Shown: positions 1-8,523 of the stretch, piece after piece
How positions within the stretch are numbered: the stretch's first letter is position 1
Layout of the letters: each line of letters starts with the position of its first letter
Assembly: GCA_900088475.1 (NCBI GenBank)
Contig: FLMG01002395.1
Location: 1 to 61,651 of the forward strand
Direction of reading: 5' to 3'
Length of the DNA stretch: 61,651 nt
Origin: Hyphochytrium catenoides
Taxonomy: Eukaryota > Protista > Hyphochytriomycota
Notes under the pieces: model-generated
Told to the model about the DNA's origin: nothing
The model's database searches: none
The model's input: only the letters and a program-made list of their open reading frames with translations
Program-made: the position numbers and the translations under genes

Positions 1-437
1 GGGGGGGGCTCTTTCAGTGCATGTGTATTATGTAGGCTTAGGCGCTTGCAGATTAAATACTGCCATCATATTATGACGGAACGGAACCTTGTGCAGATGC
101 AATCACGCGAGCATTCTAATCATTTTATGTTGTGGTATATGCGTATACATCAACCGTTGCTTAGACAAATCTAGAATGTCCGCTCAGCATTATAACTGGT
201 TCGTACATGATTGCTGACGGTGACTGTTCAGAATCTTTGTGACAACGACTCGCTTGTATCTTTTCGAGAAAGGACTGGGCCTCCACCTACTTCACGCTGC
301 CTCGTTCACCGCTAGCTCGTAGAGCTTTATTATGGTGTTGTCCCTGCTTGCCACAAGGGTGATGAGTGGTTAGTTAGATTATCACGCCTGCATTATATTC
401 TCTCTTCGATATAAACAACCCCACGTTAATCAGAGAC

Positions 438-1496
438 ATGAGCAAGAGCCGGACTAATAGAGAACCACCTTCGAGCTCCCTTGACTTGCGACCCAAAAAG
501 ACGATCAAGCAAGTAGGCGTCAAAAAGCGATCCATGATTCCCACTGAAGTCTACACTCAGAATCGACGCCTCTTAGAGCAAGTAACCCGACGGACGAGGC
601 ACATCGTGGGTGCTTATATACCAGGTCCCAAATACCAGAATCGCAAGTTTGAGTTTGTGCTTCTCAACGTCGTTGACGTCTATCCAAGTTCGCATATTCC
701 TTTTTGCTAGACAACAAAGAAGCTGTAATGGTGGCCCTTTGCTTTGTTGACTACCTGTTTAGTAAGTCCATTCAGGTACCACAGGAGCGAGTAGAGTATT
801 GGGGTCAAGAGTATGGCTACCACTTTGAGTCCAGCCATCGCTTTGGGAAGGCTATCCTGGTGTTTACAAGGCCAGAGACGGCACTTATAGGCTTAAAATG
901 CGGCCTTTGACTCTACTAACAGACAATGGTATCGAGTATGTCAATAAATACGTAGATCGTATTTGCAAGAAGTACAACGTTCAGCAACAGACAACCTTCG
1001 TCAACAGGCCCCTAGGCATCATTCAGCGTTCTAATGGCTCCATCAAGTCCAAACTCGCCGCTGTAGACTGGGATGTGTCTCTTTTGGATAAAATTCTTGA
1101 CACCTACAATCACGATACCATACACATCACCACCCGCTTTACTCCAGCTGAGGTGCACTTTGGTCTGATTACTGGCAACAGAGGCCGTCACATAATAGAG
1201 TCAGTTTACAACCGCTTGGTCGAGATATACAAAAAGACAATCTCAGTGGAGCAGGCGCCTCTCAACCGCGGGACAATAGTCACCGTAAAGGGCCACGGCC
1301 CGGTGACCCTCTATTCTTTATCAGCCGAGTCCTTACCGAAGACTTGATCAGAAGTGGGCACCCTATCACAAGGTATCTCCTTCGTGACTACCGAACAAGC
1401 CAGCTACTGACAGTCAGCAAGGATCGTAAGCTCTACCCTGCCAAATTGTACCTGTATGAGCTTGTGAAAGTCCACGACGATAGAGCTGTTGTTTAG
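438..1496 (+). pseudogene. Polinton/Maverick-type retroviral-like integrase (rve), frameshifted
   Basis: Joining ORFs 438-710, 704-910, 898-1347 and a shifted tail gives VLLNVVDVY(S)KFAYSFLLDNKEA...LLTDNGIEYVNK...GIIQRSNGSIKSKL...YNHDTIHITTRFTPAEV...YLLRDY...LYLYELVKV*. This is the D,D,E pattern and C-terminus typical of Polinton integrases. The catalytic E reads Q and there are at least 3 frameshifts. Confidence 0.85.
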
Positions 1497-1680
1497 ATGA
1501 CTGCAGTCAATCTGGCTCAGTTTTTGTTGTCTTCCACTGAAACCCTGACTTCTGTTAGCGCTCCCTGTGATTGGCTGTTATGGTTTTATTGTAGGCGCTG
1601 ATTGGTTGATAGTTGTGGTAGTCATTGACCAATTCTAAGCCGTTAGCAGTCGGATTGTCCGTTACAATCCCTCATTACAT

Positions 1681-1732
1681 GGTAAGGAGAGTATCCTCAT
1701 AAGAAGTATAGTGGTGAATTTGACTTCTGTCG
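1681..1732 (+). repeat. Left terminal inverted repeat
   Basis: Inverted match to 3304-3355. A further partial direct copy lies at about 1783-1815 (ggtaagg-tatcctcataagaagtatagtcgtga). Confidence 0.9.
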
Positions 1733-1944
1733 CCGGTGAGTCGTACCGCAACCCAAGTGACACTTCTGTGAAGGACAGACTGGGTAAGGTATCCTCATAA
1801 GAAGTATAGTCGTGAAATGGGAGTCGTAAGAGTTATGCTAAGTACAGATCTTATTATTACAATTAAGGATGATTTGTAAAAATATTATCAAAGGTATGGT
1901 CATCAATTACAGCTTATTGCTCCAGGGGTCTACGTGTCTGAAGC

Positions 1945-2925
1945 TCATCTTAGCTTAAGGGGCTTGCACGCCATTGGAGGCTGCTGCTGGGAAACTGGTA
2001 TTTTCACTACGCACATCCTACTGCGGAGGAAGATCATATCTCCTGGATACTTTAACGAGGGATTTTCTCTACCTACTAAGACCAGAAAATTGAGGCCCCG
2101 GTTAAGACAGTATTCGGTTAAGGAAAAGCTCCATCGCGTGGCTTTCAGCATTCTCTGGAACCTCCTCATCCAGTAACCCATCTTGGAAGTCCCATCGGTA
2201 CGAAAACATATCAGGATTGACCGGTGAATAGATGAAAGCCAATAAGCCACCAATGGCCAAAGTTCCCGATAGATATAGCCATGGGTTCCTTTTCCTTACG
2301 GATGCAGGAACTGCACCATAACAGGCATAAGATACGGAGTGGCATTTCATGTCGAACGCCAAACAAAAGATATGCTTGCCCTTAGAAGCAAAAGACAGGC
2401 ACTATTGATATTGCGAATAGAGCACTCTCGACCAAACTAGGAGACAATCAAACTTCTGCCAGGAAGCGAAAAGCAACTCTAGATTCGCAACCCCAGCTAC
2501 TTGCAGTAGAATAATGCAATTTGCACCAACGTAAACTGAGGCAGCCAGGGTTCCAAGAGTCCCAGCAGCCACAACAGCTACAAAGAAGAGCACCAAACTT
2601 ACGACCGAGGCCACGGATACCAAAGGCCCAAGCCACCGCTGACCCTTCCACCACGATTCATGAAACCGTCTTCCAAAGAGCCACTCCATTTCGGTAAAGT
2701 TACTCTCGTCTTCAGCCATCTCGACGTAAGGCCGGACTGTAACCATAACGCGCTTTTTACGCTGTCTTGCCTAGGAGACCTAAAAGGCAGTTCTTGTTCA
2801 CATGCAAACAATCATTGGCCTTTGAGAAGGCAACTGGACAGCTCTGATTTCGTCATCAACATACCATGATACCGCAGCTTTTTGGTGCTGTCTTTGCCTT
2901 GGAATTTGTAGGGGAAACGTTTCAT
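1945..2925 (-). pseudogene. Disrupted multi-pass membrane protein gene carried inside the TIR element
   Basis: ORFs 2402-2746, 2102-2362 and 1945-2253 join through a stop and a frameshift into a protein with several hydrophobic helices (LVSVASVVSLVLFFVAVVAAG, YVGANCIILLQVAGVA, WLYLSGTLAIGGLLAFIY) ending ...YPGDMIFLRSRMC. No transposase motifs. Confidence 0.55.
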
Positions 2926-3303
2926 AGACGAAAAGGGCGTGCTGAGTGGGGGGTTGGTGGTGACGGCGTTAAGCCAGTAAATAAAGGTGATTTCACAAAG
3001 ATGATGTAGAGGATACACATCGCAGCAGAGCTAGCGGTGGTGAACAGCGTGGTGGCACCGATTGTCCTTGCTTGCGTAGTTGCGCCTAACTCTGCAGTTT
3101 ACCGAGCAACGATCACGATTCTTTTGCACTATAGGGTCCTGTGCAACACTCTGCCGCCTGCGCAGATACGACCTGGAAAAGATCAGCTGCCGAGAGATTT
3201 CGCCAGGCAGTACCAGGACCTGATTGGCCCTGGAGCGTTACCAATGGAAGAGTTCGACTCTACTGCAGCTGGGCTATGCTTCCCTCCCGTCGTCAAGTAT
3301 AAG

Positions 3304-3355
3304 CGGCGGAAGTCAAACTCACGACTATACTTCTTATGAGGATACTCTCCTTACC
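3304..3355 (-). repeat. Right terminal inverted repeat
   Basis: Reverse complement matches 1681-1732. Confidence 0.9.
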
Positions 3356-3499
3356 ACATATTAGGCCGACTCTTCTGCTCCTTTACCAACGACCCACACA
3401 TAAGGCCGAGTCTTCTGCCTTTTACCAATGACTCATCGAGCTCATGGTCACTACATTACCCTAGGGTTTGCCATGGCTCCTTCTGACCTTCATTATTAC

Positions 3500-4710
3500 T
3501 CTATGGAGTAGCCACGACCTTAACACCTACGAGGAGAGGCATCCTCAGACGTCTCGTTGAATGCGATATTTTGTATGATAGAAGAGAGCAACAAGAGGCC
3601 CTCAAGCACCTACCAGTCCTACCAACGAGAGAAGTCCCGCCAGATAATCTAGGCGCCTTTGGGAATAGAGTTAAGAAAGCGGCAAACAAAGGTAATAGTC
3701 CCCCAGAGATGCTTCTGCTTACCTTAGAACCCAAGGTAGACTACGTGATTCCAAGTTATGTGCTGCTCTATCTGCTCATGAATGATATGGACACGGTAGC
3801 CAGAGTCAAGAAAGTCATTCCTATGAGGTTTGCCATGGTGTTTGACGAGTACGTCAATAACTATGCAAGAAAGCGTCAGCAAGCGGAAAACAAGATCCAC
3901 AAAGCCATGGAAGCACAAGACGAAGCACTCTCAGCAGCAAGTGAGTCAGAGAAGGCTTACTACAATTGATGCTTAACACTCTCTATGGCAAAACGCTTCA
4001 GGATGAGACCAAATTTACCAAGGAGTTCATTGTTAGCAGCCCAGATGATTACCTGAAGAAGGTACAGGGTAAGCAGTAAGTGGACGTGAAACAGCTGTCC
4101 AAAAACACCATTCTTGTAAGCTGCCGAGCTCCTGCCAAAGTAAAAACTCCTCGTTACTTAGGGTTGACTATCCTATGGACTTCGAAACTCCTCTTAATCG
4201 ACTTCCTTCTTCAGTGTCTGTGGATATACTCTCACGAACAGCTCCAACTACTGTATATTGAACTGATGGGGTTTAGTTCCAGGCCAACACCCCTTCATAC
4301 GACGCCTTCCTCCAAAAATTCCCTCAACAACTGAGAGACCGATTCTTTGCCGCTAAAGGAGACGTCACCCCAGGCAAGTTCAAGCTAGAGGCTGATTTGC
4401 AGGAGATGATATGTTTAGCTCCAAAGATAAGAGCCATGCTCCCTGCTGACAACAGCGCAGCGGTCATTAAGGCCAAAGGTGTATGTAAAGCAGCTCTCAA
4501 GCTCAACCACGAACACTTCAGGCGTACCTTGAACGAGCTCAGCCAGCTAGCAGTTGAGAACATGACTTTCAAAAAGCAGTACGCCAAACAAGGCAACGGC
4601 GGTGTCTACATGCAAACAAGGTATGACCGGAAGACCCTGACAATGTTAGATCGCAAGTCTGTGTGGCTCTCAATGAACGAGTCAGTCCCCCACGGCTACT
4701 ATAAACCATG
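3500..4710 (+). pseudogene. Protein-primed family B DNA polymerase (pPolB), C-terminal half, frameshifted
   Basis: LVECDILYD..LPVLP; LLLTLEPKVDYVI; motif B YY(K)LMLNTLYGKT (about 3958-3995, 1-nt deletion); PRYLGLTILWTSKLLLIDF; motif C LLYI(D)TDG (about 4248-4270, 1-nt deletion); GKFKLE..ICLAPK..IKAKGV..RKTLTMLDRK..PHGY. Confidence 0.85.
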
Positions 4711-4859
4711 TCGCCACTCTTGTAACAACTCAGTGTCATGTCACCAAGAGACCCATGTCTTCTGTGCTATTTGCTCTCGAACAGGGCCAACGCACCAAAT
4801 GCTTTCAAACAAAATAGATGACATCTCTTTGGGACCCATCCTGTTGCTCAGCAACACCC

Positions 4860-5379
4860 ACCTGTACTGTCTGTATGCAACGAGCTGAAGCCCTCAAACT
4901 CTGAAACCACCAAACAAGGCCTTCATATTCACACTTCACACCAATGCGCCTCGCAAGCCAATCAAAGCTGCCGCGGCCTAAGACGCAGAGACCCTTATGA
5001 TGAACATGGTCAGCTTGTCAAGATGTGGCACAACTGGTGCACTAGTATCCAGTCCCGCTGCTCGCAAGACGGGATCACCTTCCAGCTGTCAAATCTCCGT
5101 GTGATCGCTCCGCAAAAGGCATTCATTGCAAAGATCTCAGATCTTCTGAGAACTCACAAAGAGTTCAGTCCAATGAACTATGGCAGCAAATGGAACCTCG
5201 AGCACATCATTCCTGTCAGCAGCCTATGGTCAGCACCTCCCACTGCAAAGATTGAGCAGGTCGCATCTATTGACAACCTCGAACTGATCTCTGTCGAGGA
5301 GAACAGCAAACTGGGCGGCTGTCAGAGAAAGAAAGGAGCTGAGCTCAAGCTCCAAACTTTCGCTTGTCTGCGGCGCTAG
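4860..5379 (+). pseudogene. Viral-type HNH endonuclease with N-terminal CxxC
   Basis: NYGSKWNLEHIIPVSS...NLELISVEENSK fits the W-x-(D/E)H-I-x-P...NL...EN-x-K HNH pattern common in large DNA viruses. The same frame extends upstream to (TCT)VCNELKP. Confidence 0.7.
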
Positions 5380-5665
5380 ATGGCACCACCACAAAGAAAG
5401 ATCGCAGAACCTGGGAACAAAGAACAGCGAATCAAAGGAGCTTGATTTCTTCTTCTTTCTTTTTTTTTCCCTCTTTTTCCTATCCTTTATCTGCGCAACG
5501 CAATCTACTAGCAACCTTGTTGGAATTGTTCCCAGCTAATCAGTTCGACTTTCCTTCCTCTACCTTCCAGCAAACAAGCAACCTATTCAGGCCGCAAAAA
5601 GCTCACCACCTGTGTGTGTGTTCTACTGACTGTACTTGTAGTGTGAAGACCCAAGCTCCAGAAGC

Positions 5666-5826
5666 TTGGCGTGTTTCTCGTGTCGAGATACTCTACACGC
5701 AGAAACACGCCAACATGCCAACAGTTCACTCCCAAGTAGCAATTTGCGTGTTTCTGCGTGTCGAGTACGGCCCATAGCCCATAGAACCCCTACTGTACCC
5801 TTTACTTACATGAGAAACACGCCAAC
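5666..5826. repeat. Palindrome and inverted repeat cluster (GCGTGTTTCT / AGAAACACGC)
   Basis: ttggcgtgtttctcgtgt-cgagatactct-acacgcagaaacacgccaa (5666-5713) is a near-perfect hairpin. The arms recur at about 5743-5766 and 5812-5826. Confidence 0.8.
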
Positions 5827-6348
5827 GCTCTCTTCCCACTTCTCTTCACAAGAGTTTTATTTTGGTGCGCACTTAGGTCACCCCCACTACTGGCGCACAA
5901 ATCTTATATTCCGACACCTGTGTTAACCATTGAAGTAAAACCAATGCATACACAGGTGCGCACACCTTGACAAGAACGCCTTTGCAACTTGTTCTCACCT
6001 TGCGTTCGCCCTTTTGTGGTAGAACTATTAGCCTTTTTGAAACAGCCAACAAAGCTTTGCAAAACACACTCTTACAAACATGCAAAATAAAAGCGCACAA
6101 TTTGACCTCACCAAGTTGCTTACTCACCCCAAGTTCTTGCCAACCCCCTTCTCTGCAAACCCTTGAACCAGCAAACAAAGCATTCCAAACCCACTTTGCA
6201 TGCGGTATTTGTATGCACTCCGAAATGCATGCCCCAATGTAGAAGACCAACAGTTGCCGCACAGACAACTCTGAGCTCATGTAAAGATTCACTCGATCTT
6301 CCCCAAAGTGTTATTTCCCCGATCGCACTACGCTGCCAATAGTCTTAT

Positions 6349-7440
6349 ATGCTCAACCCCATACTGGGATGGATGTCTCCCTTACTACGCCTTATACTCT
6401 TGCGTGATGGCTCTCAGAAGCTTGCAAGGAACAGCCAAATAAGGTTGTGTCCCAGAGTAACCGCTGACGCTACTTCGCTATGTTTTGCCCATGGTGCTCT
6501 GGCAGGAGTTGTGACGCGTGGTATGGTTGTAAGGAGAGATCTCAATCAGTATCGTCCATTCACCTCCAGCTTCTGCAAGGACGATTACCCAAGGATTAAC
6601 TCAAGTCAGAACCAATTAATCAAGAGATATAGGAAGCTCCTGAAGAAGGGCCATGAGTTGACCATTGTCGAGGGGCGAAACTTAGTACGGGACGTGTTAG
6701 CCAACGAGAAGCGCCCTCCCGTCAGGTCGGTTCTCGTGACCGAGAAGGAGCTGCAGACCTTGCAGCAAAACATGGAGGAGGGCGGTCAAAACACTACCAC
6801 CACCTCTGCTAATAAGGCGCTCTGTACTTTCTTAAGTCTCAACGGCCAGAAGAAGTCGGATTTTGAAATCCTCGTCGTCTCAGACAAGGTTATAGCTTCA
6901 ATCAGCGAGCTTCGATCTCCGCCAGGGATTGTGGCATTGCTACCCACGCCTCAATCAGAGGAGCTGCACAACTTATCTCATCAACATCTAAAGAACGTGC
7001 TTGTTCTGGCAGACATAAAGGACCCCAATAATCTGGGCGCAGTTATTCGCGTAGCCGAGGCAAGTGGAGTGACCTCGGTTATAGTCGTAAACGATCGCGA
7101 TGGATGTCGGCCATTTTTGCCGTCGTCCATTCGTGCATCTATGGGTAGTCTCTTCCGACTTCCCATTTTCTGGGGTCCTGGAGTTACCTCCCAGATGGTT
7201 AGCGATGAGCTTACGAATCACAATGTACAGCAGTTCTTATTGGCGACCCGAGGTGGCCAGCCGTTCAATCGAGTACAGTGGCCAAGCTCTACTGCAATAT
7301 GGGTTACGAATGAGCAAGGCTATTGCCCTCCAGCTGTAAGTGAGTTGCCAAAGATCACAATACCTATGGGTGGAGAGGTGGAGTCCCTAAATGTCGCCAT
7401 AGCCTGCGCTGTGCTTCTCTACTCAAGAGTCCATGCATAG
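6349..7440 (+). CDS. SpoU/TrmH-family (SPOUT) RNA 2'-O-methyltransferase, MRM3-like; true start may be downstream
   Basis: Intact intronless ORF with INSSQN..IK, VEG.NLV, DIKDPNNLGAVIRVA, RASMGSLF, NEQG and IPMGGEVESLNVAIA motifs. Confidence 0.9.
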   Translation: MLNPILGWMSPLLRLILLRDGSQKLARNSQIRLCPRVTADATSLCFAHGALAGVVTRGMVVRRDLNQYRPFTSSFCKDDYPRINSSQNQLIKRYRKLLKKGHELTIVEGRNLVRDVLANEKRPPVRSVLVTEKELQTLQQNMEEGGQNTTTTSANKALCTFLSLNGQKKSDFEILVVSDKVIASISELRSPPGIVALLPTPQSEELHNLSHQHLKNVLVLADIKDPNNLGAVIRVAEASGVTSVIVVNDRDGCRPFLPSSIRASMGSLFRLPIFWGPGVTSQMVSDELTNHNVQQFLLATRGGQPFNRVQWPSSTAIWVTNEQGYCPPAVSELPKITIPMGGEVESLNVAIACAVLLYSRVHA

Positions 7441-7713
7441 ACGTAATTTATTGCTTACCGGAAACAAGGATACGTGGCTATCAAACCTATCATTGGCATG
7501 ACGGTTGGCAGCAACGAAGAGACGTGAAGAAGGGACAGCGAAAATAGATAGATATTACGAACTTTCTCTAAACGACTAGTGCTAGGCTAGGTAGCAGTAA
7601 GACAAGAGATGCACTTGAATAGTGCACTGCTGAAGGCAAGCGACATCCCCGGGACAGATGACGCAGAAGAACACTATACCAAGAGGTGGTCCTGTCGGAC
7701 AAGAATCGTCCTG

Positions 7714-8523
7714 CTACACTGTGCGCCACAAAAGGGAGACGCTCAGTGCCAGCCCCGTAACTAGCCATTGCGATGTCGGGACCGCTGAGGAGCTTCCTGA
7801 GCTCTGGCCCAGGTCCTGAGTCGCCACACCTGCATTGGCTGCTACAGGTGTGAAGCCATCCAAGAAAGTTTTCTGGTCTATTCCGCAGCAGGCACTGTTG
7901 AGTTCTCTGCAAGTAACCCCACTGGGACGAGTGGGGTTTGCTAGGACTGTCATCACGCCAGCCAGGTTCGGATCGGATTTCACTAGGTCCAGCATCATCT
8001 GCTGATCGTCAAAATAGACAAACATATTCGCCGGCATATTCCAGAACTTGACAATGTTAGCGATGTGTACGTTCTTGCCCACGAGTCCGCAGGCATTAGG
8101 AGCGACTTGTGTAGGGTTTGCATTATCTTGTGCCAACACCATCCAATCTTTGTTAGCTTGATTCTTCTGTAGGGACATTGCCCACATAAACTTCCCGGCA
8201 TCTCCATTCAGAGTCTTGGAGCCACAATCTGGAGCTTGGCTAACGAAGCTAACGCCAAAACCCTTCTCAATGCACGTGGTGACGGCCTTCTCGCCATAAG
8301 TAGCTTCTTTCAAGGGCAGAGGTTGTGGTGGTAGCTGCCCTATGTACGCGTTGTCAAATGCGCCTTGCACTATGGGGGCATCCGGACAAGGGCCCATCTG
8401 AGTGGCCGTCAGGGTACGGTCAATGTCGAAGATGCATACGCCTTTAACAGCCGCCTGTGCATTGATGTTTCCGTAAAAAGTGGTGTACACCAACGCTGCG
8501 AGGGTCACGGCATGCTGCTTCAT
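7714..8523 (-). CDS. Secreted or GPI-anchored HAD-superfamily-like protein
   Basis: 269-aa intact ORF with a hydrophobic N-terminal signal-like peptide, HAD motif I CIFDIDRTLT, motif IV-like FVYFDD, a Ser-rich spacer and a hydrophobic C-terminus. Confidence 0.75.
   Translation of the reverse strand: MKQHAVTLAALVYTTFYGNINAQAAVKGVCIFDIDRTLTATQMGPCPDAPIVQGAFDNAYIGQLPPQPLPLKEATYGEKAVTTCIEKGFGVSFVSQAPDCGSKTLNGDAGKFMWAMSLQKNQANKDWMVLAQDNANPTQVAPNACGLVGKNVHIANIVKFWNMPANMFVYFDDQQMMLDLVKSDPNLAGVMTVLANPTRPSGVTCRELNSACCGIDQKTFLDGFTPVAANAGVATQDLGQSSGSSSAVPTSQWLVTGLALSVSLLWRTV

Larger units (their letters stand above)
1681..3355. mobile_element. Non-autonomous TIR DNA transposon (1675 bp) with 4-bp TSD, nested in the Polinton remnant
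   Basis: 1681-1732 (GGTAAGGAGAGTATCCTCATAAGAAGTATAGT...) is the reverse complement of 3304-3355; the first 32 bp are identical, with 4 mismatches over about 52 bp. ACAT lies at 1677-1680 and at 3356-3359. Confidence 0.9.
438..6300 (+). mobile_element. Degenerate Polinton/Maverick or Polinton-like virus remnant; boundaries approximate
   Basis: Co-oriented rve integrase, pPolB and HNH pseudogenes followed by a repeat- and palindrome-rich non-coding tract. No capsid or packaging ATPase recognised. Termini and TSD not found. Confidence 0.75.

Noticed and set aside
1-437. G-run and leader as the left terminus of the Polinton-like element
   Set aside because: I could not find an inverted match to 5400-6300, nor AG...CT termini or a TSD.
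1681-1815. Two direct copies of tatcctcataagaagtatagt as a possible CRISPR-like array
   Set aside because: Only two units, no cas genes, and the repeat is explained as the TIR plus a subterminal copy.
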